In this document: piece by piece, positions 13,328 through 27,320 of the stretch
Numbering within the stretch: position 1 is the first letter of the stretch
Layout: each line of letters starts with the position of its first letter
DNA from: Oopsacas minuta
Taxonomy: Eukaryota; Animalia; Porifera
DNA: 64,000 bases
Direction of reading: 5' to 3'
Assembly (NCBI GenBank): GCA_024704765.1
Contig: JAKMXF010000013.1
Location: forward strand, 40,060-104,059
Position numbers and translations under genes: made by a program
Notes under the pieces: model-generated
What the model was told of the DNA's origin: nothing
The model's database searches: none
Seen by the model: only the letters and a program-made list of their open reading frames with translations

Positions 13328-14956
13328 TTATACAAGTTGTAGTGTTTGTTTCCTGAATGCCATATTCTGTAAAATGCGGGGAGAAAGTAAACTATAATAT
13401 CAAATATATCTATAGCAAATTTTTGGGTAAATTTATTGTCTTGAATGTTATGTTGTAATTACCATCTTGTATTACTTTGGCACGATAGAGATGTACAGCG
13501 ATGGCACTGGTGCCGGAACAGGAACCTGGATGTTAGTTAACTTAAACTGTAAAAAATGTATTATACATGTTGTGATAATTCTATTCAGAATGTTTGTCTT
13601 TATTTAAAATATATTTTCCCAAAGTAATTGCTAATATTCTTATCGTAAACTCATTAAAGATTTTGGCAATTATCTATAATCTTAATTTTCAGATTAACTC
13701 CTAAGTACTACTAATAAATCAAAGCAAACTTTAGCACACGATTTCTCGGAAGTATTCGTGTGAATAGAATGGCTGCTTCCACCCTATGACAGAAATTTAG
13801 CTCCACCAGAAGAATTTCAGCGAAATAGCATGTAGTCTTGCAAACCTATGAAGATTATTTATCTACAGAATCTTTACAAGGATAATGAAATGTAGTTTGA
13901 CTTCTATAAATAATCACAATAATACACCATATGCAATAATGAAATCTTAATGACAATAATCGAATAATGACATGTTAAGTCCATGTAAATGCATTGCTTG
14001 TTTCTGAATTTCTTTGAAAACTTGGACAAAAGAAGGTGGTTTATTTATCTTTGTAGGTCAGTGTAAATGAAGAATATAATGACCTTTAGCGTTTCTCATC
14101 CCATTCATTCTGCGCAGAAATATTGAATTGATCAACTATACAAAATTTGGATTACACAATCTTTAACAAAAACGGTTATCAACAAATTTGGAACAAATAC
14201 AAACATATTCTTTCTGGACTGGGGACATGATTTGGGACAGGCCAGGTTCAGAAACAAGCAAATTTATTTTGAGGTCTAATAATACATATAATAAAATGAC
14301 ATGGTAATTCCAGGTTAAGCCCATACAGAGCTATTTCTTGTATTCAATTAAATCAACACACTATTATGTTCAAAAGTAGTCGCAGGTTGTTGAATATTCG
14401 GTAGATTATTTTGGGAATTTTGCAATTTTCCCACTTTGTATGTTTGAATTCTAAAAAATTACGACGTGATGGAGTATACACAGAATTATGATTCGGACTC
14501 AACATTGTCTATAGTAAATAATACGTGAGGCAATTTAAGGTGTCCCTAGAAGCAAATTTATTTCAAAATTTGTCGAATAGTGATATTCTTGTCCACCTAA
14601 ATTCATTAAGTGTCTTTAGGAGGCATTAGATGATGAGTTTTTGGAAACACTGTCCTAATTTATCACGAAAATTAAAAAAACTAGTAATTCTGGAGACTGT
14701 ATGCCCGGTTGTGTAGTGAAATATTACATTGTATCCCGGATTGTCCCCGCTGCTCTCCAGAAGAGGTAGAGAAGGACTCAAGGATTCAGATACTATTTAT
14801 GTTTAGAACATACATGTTTAAGTGTCAGAAAAAATATTTTCCCATGAGAGTTATTGTTGTTAGCACAATCGTTCTCTCCAAATTGAGGGAATAATGTTAA
14901 TGTGCAAATAAAACTTTCCTATATTTAATCAAAATTCTATTCAAGGGGGTTGCCTG

Positions 14957-15075
14957 CATTTGTCAGAATTTACTTTTGCAGACTTGGCATTTGTCAGAAT
15001 GGACTTTTGAAGACTTGGTATTTGTCAGAATGGACTTTTGAAGACTTGGCAATTGTCAGAATTGACTTTTGAAAT
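14957..15075. repeat. 31-bp tandem repeat, ~3.8 copies, probably subterminal repeats of a transposon end
   Basis: Unit CATTTGTCAGAATGGACTTTTGAAGACTTGG at 14957, 14988, 15019 and partially at 15050. Confidence 0.9.
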
Positions 15076-15187
15076 GGTAATCAATTAGGATTTTGTAAGA
15101 ATTTATATACCTACCACTTTTAAAATTTGTTAGTTATTCTTCACCTCGATAAGCCAATAAGTTGTATAATAATCAATTTGCTATCTA

Positions 15188-16489
15188 CAGGCTGGCCCTG
15201 AAGTCCTGTCCCATTGATAAGTGGAATAACATGCCTAAATTGTATGCTATAGGATGGCATTTTTACCCGTCTTACAGAATACCATCAGAAATACAAAATA
15301 TCTTTACCACTCAATATAACCTCCTCGTAATCTAACTACAGCTTTCAATTGTCCCGAAAACGCTCCATCCGCGCACGAATGCTTTCATGAGGTATTTTGT
15401 TGCACTCCCTTATCAAAGAGCGCTTCAAACACTCAACAGAGGTATGAGACTTGGCGCAGCATGGGTCTCCATGATGGACCAGATTGTATAGTCCATCGGG
15501 CTCAGGTCTGGATTATAGGGAGGCTATTCTGTCTTCTGAATAAATCTTGGAAAATTGTGTTGGAGCCAGGTTCTTGTACTATTGGCGGTATGAGCCGGTG
15601 CTTCATCCTACTGGAATATCAACGGTTCTCCATTAAAAATTGTTTAACCCAAATTCTGCATTACAGGCTCCCAGAAGCTCCCGATAGGTTGTAGCATTTA
15701 TTTTTACTCCAGGGGGACAAATATCAATGGCATCCGACCAGTTGCCGAGACACCATCCCATGCCATTACAGATTGAGGTTTCTGTATGCGACTCAGGTAT
15801 CGATACTTTTTTGAGATACTAGAACGTGTTGTCGATATGATCAAGTCATTTTGAGCGTTTCAACTTGCTGAATAGTGAAAATCTTCTAATCGGAAACAGA
15901 ATCGTTTCGAGACCGTGATTCGCGTGCCGCTCACGTAACCCTTTACATCTAGACATTCGTTTTTGCTTAACCTGGTCTGTTAGATGATGCATCATGTTTA
16001 TTTTGACGGAATACATTCCCAAGCTTAGTATTTACGACGTTTTGTATGGAATGGCGCAACACCTGAAGAACTACAGCAATCTTCCTCATGGATCGACGAG
16101 GGTTAAGTCTGATTCGCTTCCGTACCCTCTTGGCAAGCCTTGGAGTCGTGACTGATGAAGGATGACATCTAGCCTCGCCCTTTACTGCCCCTGTTTTGCT
16201 TGTACCTCTAGATCGTCCGATATACAAATTTCCGTCGACTCCTGAGCATATTGAGCAGCTTTAAAATTTCTCCTGGAGCCTCACCATTATCAAATAGACG
16301 AATAATTCCTGCTCTCTCGACTTCCATTAGCGTAACGAAGCGCTAGAGGAAATGAACCAGGATTATGCTTAGTAATATTGTGTTATTGAATCAATTAGGT
16401 CGATTACAACATTAAATCATATATAGTGATTCTAGGATCTTCATTTCCTTGTACTTTAAAATATGGGACAGAACTTTGGGACAGCCCTG
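15188..16489 (-). mobile_element. Tc1-like element (~1.3 kb), degenerate
   Basis: Imperfect TIRs CAGG(G)CTG...CTGTCCCAT with TA flanks; minus-strand remnants such as RKRIRLNPRRSMRKIA and a C-terminal catalytic region. Confidence 0.85.
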
Positions 16490-16504
16490 TATGTTGGTGT
16501 CACC

Positions 16505-16618
16505 CAGGGACGGACTGGCCTACGGGGAGACCGGGAGATTTCCCGGTGGGCCGATAGGTAGATGGGCCGGTGAGCTTCTGACACCCCCTACGCAAAACCT
16601 TTCAAACACAATATCCGA
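16505..16618. mobile_element. hAT-type MITE end, cut by N-gap
   Basis: CAGGGACGGACTGGCC GC-rich terminus running into the N at 16619. Confidence 0.5.
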
Positions 16619-16619
16619 N

Positions 16620-17118
16620 GAGTTGATTCTTGAGCCTGTAATCAAATCTGCTGGTTCATCCTTGTTCAAAAACACACCCTAGATATTCCAGCAGGACTCT
16701 GCGCCAGCGCATGCCTCGAAAGCAACTCAATCCTGGCTTTTAGGGGAAACTATTGACTTTTTGTCCAAGGAAGAATGACCTCCTTTGAGTCCAGATTTGA
16801 ATCCACTTGACTATTCCATCTGGGGGACTTTACAGAGCAGAGTCTGCGGTACTACGCATGGAAATTTGGAATCTCTGCGGAAGGCTTTGGTTACAGAATG
16901 GGAGAAAATTCCGCAAGAAGAACTCCGTAAATATGTCCAACGGTTTCAAGGACGACTTAAAGCTGTAGTAAAGGTAAGAGGCGGTTATATCGAATAGAAT
17001 TGGATAGGAAGATTCATTATAATATCCTTTAACTGTCAGTGAAAATTTGGATTGAAAGAATAACTAGTTTAGGAAAAACCAGAGTATATTCGTGTATCAG
17101 AACTTAATTGTCACCCTG
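16620..17118 (+). mobile_element. Tc1-like element, 3' part (5' part at 33422-33597)
   Basis: FQQDSAPAH and SPDLNPLDYSIWG...GGYIE; terminal GTATCAGAACTTAATTGTCACCCTG + TA. Confidence 0.9.
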
Positions 17119-18656
17119 TACTGTTACTTAGATACAATCTTTTGCATGCTAATTACTAGTTTATCATAGTTGCTAGATATTTACATGAGAATCAAAATAA
17201 TTCTAAATGTTGAAACATTAGAACCAGCCATGGGCTTAAACCATTTTAAAGTAGTTTATTTGACAATATTATACAGTTATTATTTGATATTGTTCAAATT
17301 TGTTCCGTTGATAGTGAGTAGAATGCTATTGTTTGCTGTATATCACACAATAGAGATTCTTTTGTTGGTAAAATGACAACAAGTATTGGTGAAATAACAG
17401 GAGAAAATCTGTTTGAAATTTGCATAGATTTGTTGGTAAAATGCAGAATTCCCAAATATACTCAATTAAATACTTATATTTCCATTCTATAGTTATAACT
17501 ATTAAATAATATAAAAATTTTGCAGATTGTGTGTTTACTAAATATGTTTATTTACTTGGAGATTCAAGAGAATGATTAATACGTAACACAAATTACTTAG
17601 ACATAGAATGCTAATTAGGTATGTTGTAGTATTGTATGCATAATACTATGCTATTTGCAACACTATTATTGGAATATATTTGGCTTCAATGAAGTTGCAA
17701 TTTCCCCATAGACTTTGGCTTATAAGCTAGAATTGCTGTAACTTTTTGTTGGTTGACCGATTTTAGGAATCTCTAACTCAATCTTCATCTCTCAACATGC
17801 TCTATAACGGCTCATATAGTGATTTTTAACATCTTGCAAAAGGTTGGGGGGTAACATTCTATAATTGTATTTAACCTCATAACTAACTTGATTCTTAAAT
17901 TATAAACCACCTCAGGTACTTTCCATATATCTTATATTTAATATATCTCCTATTATTCCAAGAATAATAGGTATTTCAGAAAAACAATATGCACATCATC
18001 GTTTATACGTATCATTCATAAATAATGCGGGGCCTCGCCCCGATTATGCTACAAGGTTAATGAATGTCAAGCAGAAACTGAGCTGGCGCCTATAGGTTTT
18101 TGGTGGTGCCCAGACCTCACTGCTTGTTGGGAATCTCCATTGAATTGCAAGTGACCTAAATCATTTTTATGAGTAAATCCTCTGCGTGTCCTTTGGTTGA
18201 TGAAATGGATCATTGGTGTTATATAATGAACTGATTTTGATGATTCTCTTTAGGAGACTGCCAAAACTGGAATGATTACCAGTGTATGTTTTGGCGTTTA
18301 GATATGAAATCACCCAGTTAAAATAAGGCTCTTTCACGAATAGACTGAAGCCATCATCAAGTTCCACAGATATGATATAAAGAATTACACTTTCTTAATT
18401 TATAGAATATTATTCAGTTCGGCAGGACTTCATTTGAACCAGCTATAGACTGATATGTTGGAAAATGCATTATCTTTAAAACACTAAAAACGGATTATAT
18501 TGATCTTCGACTTTATAGTTCAAAGATGAAATAATCGATATATATATTTTTTTGCAGAATATGAAAAATATTGTTATGCTAAAGTTGGCTAGTACTTGAA
18601 TTACAACCGAGACTATGAATATTCTTGTTTGTCAATATTCGCTTAATACACTAAAG

Positions 18657-18880
18657 CAGGGTTTCTATACCTGTGGTGACCACAGAAATTTTTTATGTGG
18701 ATTTTGCTCAAGTTGAACTCGATGACCAATTTGACCAATTAGACCAAACTCTGCTAACATAACCAACATCACCAAATGTGACAAAACGTGGTCAAACTTG
18801 ACCAAGTATGTCGACTTGGGTGATCATGCTACAAAATTTCTAAAAGTGTGGCCAGAGCCCATGAGATTTTGAAAACCCTG
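18657..18880. mobile_element. hAT-type MITE (224 bp)
   Basis: TIRs CAGGGTTT; 8-bp flanks CACTAAAG / CTCTAAAG (7/8 match); internal GACCAA repeats. Confidence 0.8.
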
Positions 18881-21610
18881 CTCTAAAGATATTCATTTTA
18901 TAGTACATGTCTAACTTCAAATATTCTCATTATATTTTGATATGATAACTCCGAATATTATTGCGCAATCTGGAAATGCCATATAGGGGCATATTGTTGA
19001 TTATGTCACAATGGAACGCAATAACATATCAAATATATTATCAGGATATAGGAAGTTGGGTATGTGTTATGTATTGGCTATTGAGTTATAGGTGAATATA
19101 GACATACAAATGCAATGCATGGTCTCGGCTGTAACTCAAGAACTACCCAACTTTATTATAATTTTTTCGATATACGTATTTCGATTATTTCATACTTGAA
19201 CTCTAAAATCAAAGATCAATATCTTTCGGTTTTATAGCGGTTCAAAGTTGGAGGAGTGAGTTTCCAACATATCAGCCAATTAGGCCATCAAAGGATGTCT
19301 TTTCGACATCACCTTATTTTCTAGATGTAGAATGTGTGATTCTTTCGTCTTTTTCCGTAACTTGATCATTGCACCAGTATATTTGCAAAGAGCATTAGAC
19401 ATTTGTACTTCGAATCAGCTACAATACATTTCTTATCTATTCCTGGTCCAGAAAATAATGGTAGTTTCCAGTGATCATATTACATAGTTCATGGCTAGTG
19501 ATTTATGTCAACACTAAACAGGGTAAATCCTCAACTGCAGTACGAATACTGCACATTTTGATGGGGCCTTACATCTCTGGAATGATCAGTATATATCTTA
19601 TCGCTAGCATAAATGTGATCCAAGCACAGGATCCACAAATCGCACTTACACCGGAAGTTCCGATAAAATTAGTACAGTTAGCATGCAAAGTATTACGATT
19701 ATTGGTGTGCCAATTAGATATTAGATAGTTAGATAACACCATACAGAACTTTACGTAATATTGCTAAAAATTCCTGGATTTAATCTTTTCACAATTTTAA
19801 GCAAGCAACTTATTTGCGAAATTTCTTAGCACAGTCCTAATATGGGGGAGATTACCCAAGTTGGGGTCTTCACCTAAATAAGCCTATTTATATTTAACAT
19901 ATATAGAGTTATGGCCAGAATGAATATAATAAAAATGTAAATCTGCATGCGGGATAGGTAACTACAAATTGGAGATGATCAGTGTCTTTATTATAGTTTT
20001 AAGATGTTTAAGAAAAAGTTAAACAGTTTCCATTGGGAGGGGAAGGTGTCTGTATCTCCAAACTTTGGATTCTGGCAATAACGCAATCGAGAGTAATCAA
20101 AAATGAAGATTTTGGCCATAACGCAGTGGTGGGTAACATATATAGGCATATGCATGTTATTAGACCAACTCGCGTAAAATGGCCTCATAAATGAGCGCAG
20201 CTGTGCCAATAAAATAGTTAAACAGGTCACTTGCGTAAATCAAAAGATAGACACAAGATGTAAGTTACGTATAATTACCAAGAGTAAGGCATTTACCCCA
20301 ATTTTACTTAAAAGAGTGTATGACCATGGAATTATCCATGATTTATGATTAGTTTACTCTAGAAAGATAGGAAATAAAGTGACTATAGCAGTAATAAAAG
20401 ATATTTGATTTTCTGTTGAATCCAAAATAATGAACAATTGTGTTACCGGTATATCGAAAGCAGCATTTTCAGGCACTACACTCATAAATGAACCAATAGA
20501 CTTGGGAATTGTAAGATCTAGATCGTGTAGAAACTGTAGATGATGAAATGGACAAAGTCTTTACACTAATTGGATGGTAGAATACAATGAATCATAGCCT
20601 ACCTACTAAGCACAAGGCCTAAAAGTAAATCAAAACTTGGCACCATGGATGCAGTATTAACTTAAAGCATTGATAGAGATTGTGCCTTTAAAGAATATAT
20701 AAATTATACTATTAACCAGATTTTTCATACACTTGTAATACATTTTGTTTTGATATGGTCATTTTCAATAATCTGCAAACCTTGGGTAATATGATTTACA
20801 ATAACTTTAACGATTCTTGAGTTATCATTGAATATTCATTAAAATTGTCTTCCATGGTCTCTACCGTAGCTCCATAATGAGCAAACTTTTGAATGACGAA
20901 TTTTGACATTTTTGTAAAGGTATCCACAGATCATTTCAATTAATCACCTCGAGGTGATAAATGCATTATTTAACGTTCTAAGAGGCATCGAAGAATTGAC
21001 AAATTTTGGCAAATAAATGCTGACTAGACACATATTTTTGGCATTTATTGGTAGAAGTTTGATGTCCTACAAATCTGCAATTTATATATTTAGCCAAAAT
21101 ACACTTTTTCTACTCTAAAGAATCTATGTATATAAATTCCTTCAGCTAATACTGCGTCCCTTGTACTTTACGGTTAGGACATATGTTTAGTAGGCTATGA
21201 ACGAATCATCAAGTAGAAAATAGATATACTGTATATATTGGATATAGTGATAATATCAGCACTGAAAATAAATTTTGGCTTGTGTAATTGAAAAACCTCA
21301 AGATTTTACATCGCATAGAGCAAATGAAAACTTTATTCACTCCAAGTAACGAACAAAGAATTTTCAATTACCTTGGAGGAAACTAATTAATATAATTTGA
21401 TATTTATAGTATTAAAGTCAAAGGTTGTGGGTGTGTACGTGTGTCTGCTCACTTTGTGGTATTTCATTGGGGGGTAAGATGATCTGCTTATATGTATAGT
21501 AGGTGCATCAGTTTCCCCAAATATTAGAAACAACACTCTGTTCGCCATCTTTTATTATCTTAGCAAGTCCATTTGTTTTCTCCTCTATATAGGAAGTGAT
21601 ACTCAATATG

Positions 21611-22068
21611 CAGTAAACTCCGCTTAATTGGGACACATTGGTTCTAGTCCATTTTTCCTGATTAAGCGGAGTTCCCAATAAACAGGAGATTATTAAAAAA
21701 TGATAATTAAGAGCATCAATTTTCTATATTTTCAGTCGCAGTCCACCAAAGCAAGTTAACCACTCTATTGTGGGTAACACCAATCCAAAGTGAAAACTTT
21801 GATTTTTTGGGATAGTTTAGTATCTTCCGTGGATCACTGTTGATAATAAACTCTAGTAAATAGATTTGATTTAGCCAAAGTAATCCCAAATTTAGCATAT
21901 ATTTATCCAAATTTTGTCAATGTACCAAGGTTATTGGAATTTCCTAAATAAGGAGAATTTTAGACCTGATTGAGTTACAAAATTTCTCGATTAACAAAAT
22001 ATTAGTATTAACTTGAATGGAGATCATTCCGTTAGTGGAGATTTGTCCAAATTAAGGAGAGTTTACTG
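21611..22068. mobile_element. pogo/Tigger-like MITE related to 525-1035
   Basis: TIRs CAGTAAACTC...TTAATT.GGACA; right flank TA, left flank TG. Confidence 0.8.
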
Positions 22069-22739
22069 TACTCTAAATCTGTGTTATTAGCAGATACAAA
22101 CCACCCCAAATATAACAAATATATGGCTTAAAGTTTCCAGTCGTATCAGATTTATACTTTTCGATAATTGTGTATAAATCCAGTTAATCCAATTGCAATG
22201 CTGTACTTTGGAATAATTAAGTTGAGGACTCCCTAAACTCTTGTCGAATTTCAATGAATTGTACATTATGATTCTTTAGGATGCAAATAACATTAAAAAA
22301 TGAGCCAAGTATTGTTTCTAATATAAGTGGCAACTGATGTACGCTAATGAATAGGGAAATGCATATCCTTCAATTGGTAGTAAAGGAAAGTAAACAATAA
22401 ATTTGGGGTAATTGAGTGTGCTGATTGTGAAATGATAGTGTGAACAAAATAATACTTTTGGTCACATGATTAAACATATTCCACACCTTTTGACTGATAA
22501 ATCAAAACGATGCTAGAGAATAGTTTCAAAGAATAATCAGGTATAGAGATCCATATTCTGATATCTTCAAAAAATCATTTTCAAAATTTCAAAATCTTTC
22601 AAGATGAGGGTAGAGAATCGTTTCAATGGTTATTATAGGGTAATCTAGTACGCTGATTCGAAATTTGATTCGTCATCAACAAATTGTATATATATGTTTT
22701 CATTAAGTGTGTATCTATAATATTTAATAAGCAATTCAT

Positions 22740-23200
22740 CAATTTGTATGTGTCTGCGTGTAGATATATTTGTTTGTATGTCTAGAATTGATTGGAGGAG
22801 CCTATTAGCTATTTTTGGGATACAGTAGTATTTTGGGGCTGGCAAGGACAAGTTCGAGTCTAGAACAAAATTCACACGAAATATGACGTCATTGTCACCT
22901 TTGTGGATTTTCCGAAAGACCAAATGACTAACCACTGCTCAGCCAATATACATGATAGAAGTTTCAAATTTGAATTACAGTATCCCCACAATGTTACAAA
23001 TGTCATATCGTCATGATTCTGAACAAAAGCAAACTCATCATGGTATTATTACGTCATCACGACTTTACAAAGAAATAAAATTTAACAATTTCTTGATACC
23101 TGAAGCATGAAGGGCCCACCAGATTACCGACCAAACCCACGTACAGAAGGCCATTAATAGGAATATAGATGGACAATTGATAATATAATCTTAAAAGTGA
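22740..23200. repeat. dispersed repeat, copy 1 (copy 2 at ~53720-54190)
   Basis: Shares TATGACGTCATTGTCACCTTT, TAACCACTGCTCAGCCAA, GATAGAAGTT and CGTCATGATTCT...AAACTCATCAT blocks with the second copy, same orientation. Confidence 0.8.
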
Positions 23201-23720
23201 GTGAGGAAATGTGCAATAAGACAGAATTGCATATTCACTGAGTACAGGAATACACATGTAAGACAGAGTTACCTCAAATGATGAGTAAGGAAATATAGTA
23301 AGATAGAGTTACATTTAAAAGTGCTGAGGAAATATGCAATCAGACAAAATTACATATCAGCTGAGTAAAGGAATAAAGATGGTAGAAATTTACTTTAAGA
23401 CAGAGTTACATAAAAAGGCAAGAAAGGGAATACACTGTAGTTAGAATAAGGGATATTTGTATGACACAAAAACCTCTAAAGGTGTATGAGGCAATACACT
23501 GTAGGACAGAGTTAAATCAAAAGTTAAGTAAGAGTATACATTGTAAGACTAAGTTCCATCAGAAAGTGAGTGATCAAACATGCAATATGACCGAATTACA
23601 TTAGCATGAGTATAGGAAAAATCATGCAAGACAATGTTACATCAAAAAGCAAGTAGGGAATAAGTTTTTAGACACAGACATATCAAAAAGAGAGTGAGGA
23701 AATATGCAATAAGACAGAAT
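23190..23720. repeat. degenerate ~42-bp minisatellite, ~12 units
   Basis: AAGACAGAGTTACAT-like anchors at about 23218, 23260, 23300, 23340, 23397, 23461, 23503, 23545, 23587, 23628, 23669 and 23711. Confidence 0.75.
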
Positions 23721-23989
23721 CGTGAATTACGCTATACGGGACAGTTCACTGTATTGAACCACGGATGAAGTCCGAACAAGTAAATAAGTAAAGTTAAATA
23801 TCATAACAGTTGTGGCCTCTAATACCTGATTTACTCGATAGTCACCACCATAACATGCGCAAATTGTTTCTATGCATTCAGTTAGAGAAATAGGATAATT
23901 TCACTGTGAATTCCATAAATTAGAGACAATACCATGTAATTATTCTTGGTGGGAGGCTATAGCCCCTATACCTCCCTGGATCCGCCACT

Positions 23990-26150
23990 GGGTCACTTAT
24001 GAGGCCAGTGCTCCTCCTGCGCTTCCATGATTTTCCCGTGAGTAATATGAGACTCTTCAAAGTACAGAACATATCGCAAACCTTAGTATATCTTTTGCAT
24101 ACATCAACCACGACGAAGTTCTGGCGGTGTGGGTGAAAATGTGCATAGTGAGCACATGGTAGCAACTCTCAAATCGGAGTTTGGAATCCATTTGCACAGT
24201 CGCTCAAAACATCAATACCATCATAGTATTGTAGCAGTAGCATTGAGCTATCAATCCATCTTTGAACTTAACATGCAAATTATTCAGAGACTTAGTGATT
24301 GTATTTTCAGACCAACTGTGTTTAGGTAATGACAAGGGTAGAAACTGACAAAGGACTGGCACTCGACTATCTGATCGGAACAGTGAGGTAGCGAAGAATT
24401 TGCCATATGTTCAGTCTTGGCCTTATCTTGAATTTCATCACAAATCATGCTGAATTACTTTGCTGTACTAACTTCCCCAAGGATAGTTTCGCAGCCAACA
24501 TTAGCAGCTGTAATGATCAGTTCGTTATGGACGCTATGATCAGTGACGTTGCTAGACTTCTGCCCCAGGGCTAAATTTATCTTTATGGGGCTGACTTAGC
24601 TTGCTTTTCTGTTACTTAGTAAGTAATGATCTTAATGAAGTTTATCAAAATTTGTCCCGTTGACAAATCTAGCTAATGGCACTATTGGCGCATCATTCAG
24701 GGACGAATACAATATGCAAGTGGGCCTTATTGCTCTCGCGTTGCCACTATTCTTTTGTGGACTTCTTTCGTACAAAAACATTTACAATTAGAAAATACAA
24801 AAGTCTAATTATCCTAATTTGTTACATGGTCAAATCAGGAAAAATTTCGCAAAAGAATTTATTCTAGTGGGGTGATACATTTTGATTCACAATTCTTGTC
24901 GCAGTTTTTCTTGCCCCCAGCGCTGATTAAAATCACGTATATACATGGAACTAAGTTACATATTATGTGTATTACAACCTTGAATTTCGAAATTCGGAAA
25001 GAGCTTATTGCTTGATCCCTGCCAAGGGCATAGGAAACAAATCCTAAGTGTTGGGGGGGCCAAGCTATAGCTCACTGTCTATATTAATGATATGAATTCC
25101 ACCAAAAAATACATAAAATGAGCCTTCGAATAGATGTATAATTGCAGTAAATTGGTGATTTAAAGGCTACAAATCCATATTCACCGATTTACGAGAACTA
25201 ACAAGAGGACGCCACACTTAAGGGAGTCTTTCAATACTGATCTGCTCAAAAAAGTGAAGAGGCATGAAAATCTAGTATCTCTTTAAGATATATTAAGATT
25301 TGAAAATGAAAAATTCGTGACTTCGTAGTATGAATGTGGTTCCTTATTTGATAAAAGTCAGAAACCCACTCTTAGCTATGGGCTAAACGATGGGGCTGAG
25401 AGAATCTTTGATGGGGCGCTAGCTTCATCCTAGCGCAGCTACTGGCTGTGATGGGTGTATTCCCTGAACAGAATCCCTTTAATCTGGTATTGACCACAGA
25501 GTCATACTCAGATTGCATAGATATTATGCTGAGGAAGTTACCAATATTCTTGTCAATGAAGCTCAATTCTTCTCTATGACCGCGAAGTCCAATACCTTGA
25601 TGTAAACAGAATCGTACTGACTTCCAGACAGCCGCCAATAATGGCAGTTTCCTTCAAAGAGCTTGTTAGATAGTCGCTCAGCAGAAATGCACACGCAGTA
25701 TTAGTCTACATCATGCGCAGATAATCAATCATATAACAAGTTACATGAGATAAAGCTCATAAGATTGATACTGCTTTAACCTCGTGGGACCATCACTAAA
25801 TTCCAGGATCCGTTCACTGAAGCGAATGCAGATTGAGCAGCATTGTAGTGACTGTAGAACCGACATACAAGGCAAAACATTTGTTCAGGGTAATGGAGTA
25901 TTCCACCAATCATATTCTTTAAACGATTGATGCTGAACACGTCCTTTGTGAATCTCTTAGGATGGGAGCGACAAGAGAATTCCTCGAGTAGATCCAGTTT
26001 CTCTACATTGGCTTATGTCAGAAGGAGCAATAGGTTTATCATTACAACGCCGCTTTGCATAAGGAACCAAAATCATTGGTGATGACGAATCTAGCGTAGG
26101 CTTGTACTATGGCTTGAAGATATCCATTGTGTTTTGTCGTATGAAATATT
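23990..26150 (-). mobile_element. degenerate hAT transposon (ZMYM1/DUF4371-like), interrupted at ~24600-25370
   Basis: Fragments HQGIGLRGHRE...GNFL (25372-25638), FSMICDEIQD and AHYAHFHPHRQNFVVVDVC (24000-24600); boundaries approximate. Confidence 0.75.
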
Positions 26151-26614
26151 TTGGTAACGAACAGAAACTAATTAGTCTTTAAAAGGGTTGCAAACTAAAA
26201 TTATTGTTTAGTACGTATTAGTAATACTAAACTATGGCCTTAGCCTCAATAAGAATTTATTAGTCATCTAACCAAAATAGTAATGAGCTGACTGAGAGTT
26301 GGCCACTTTGTGATGATGGGCTAGCGACGCCATTGTTCGTACATCGTATACTCTTACTTTATTTGCCTGCAAATAACTGCTCGGAAATACCGGTTTCGAC
26401 ACTACACAGAATTGGAGTTGTTCTATATACAAACAATTTCATATAGAAGCGTGCATCAAGTGAGGACGCTACATTAGCTCGAAGTCTGATATTGTCGATA
26501 CTAGATAGATCGAAGTACTATTTTGTCGCTAGGTCTAATTTATTGCAACGGTGTCTTTAGTTAGAATTGGTTTTTAGCATCCTGGTCTAGGCTAGAATCG
26601 TTTAGGAACAATTA

Positions 26615-26844
26615 CACAGGTCAACAAAAAACTTCTATCTCTTGGCTCAGATTGTTGGAGTGTTTTTAGGGTATATCGGGGTTGCTGTATCCGAAATACT
26701 ATTAGTTTTCTAGATATTACACAACCTTAAATTTTTTCGGTTTGTATGTTTTTATCAACATTACAACTATTTGTTCACAACATAGAACCTTTATGGATTC
26801 AAAACGCATTAGACGTTGTTACCTCAATGATCCTGATGTCTTTT
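26615..26844 (+). mobile_element. second Chapaev3-like copy, 5' end only, cut by N-gap
   Basis: TTA + CACAGGTCAACAAAAAA; colinear with 11173-11445 through ATG GAT TCA AAA, with small deletions. Confidence 0.9.
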
Positions 26845-26845
26845 N

Positions 26846-27320
26846 AACCTTCGAGAATCACAATCCCTATATTCTTTAAGCTATTTTTTCGCTCATGAAA
26901 CCTCTTCTCCTTTGCCCTTTTGTGAGGATTTTTGGTATCCATCGCGCTGAAATCTTTCGATATTCGAGATAATCGGTAGAATTGTATGAACATTTCCCGA
27001 TGAGAAGTCCAGGATTAGGGCAATCTCTTCAACGCTCAAATGGGGGTCAATATCCAAAAAGTTCCAGAATTTCAGAGGCAATTTCAGGGGTGGTATCGGA
27101 AATCGGTCTTCCGATCCGAGGGCATCTTCAATGCTACCCCTACCAGCCCTCAATTCATGTGCCCATTCCTTGACAGTGGGATACGCTAGAGCTTCCCCAT
27201 GATAAACAGTGACGAGATCCTCATGTATCTGGATTGGTTTGGCCCCGAGGTTGGTGAGAAGTTTTATGTAAGCTCGTTGTTCAGTTTTGCTTGATATGTG
27301 TTTTGAAGCTATGAAAAAGT
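26846..27320 (-). mobile_element. mariner transposase, 5' part, degenerate
   Basis: DPHLSVEEIA...SGNVHTIL, ARWIPKIL and CDSRR blocks in shifting frames. Confidence 0.8.

Noticed and set aside
19480-19730. Possible WD40-like remnant (DGALHLWN, TGSSDK)
   Set aside because: Only two short motifs, separated by stops; insufficient evidence.
23190-23720. CRISPR-like array
   Set aside because: Units are contiguous and degenerate with no conserved repeat/unique spacer alternation, no cas genes, and a eukaryotic context.
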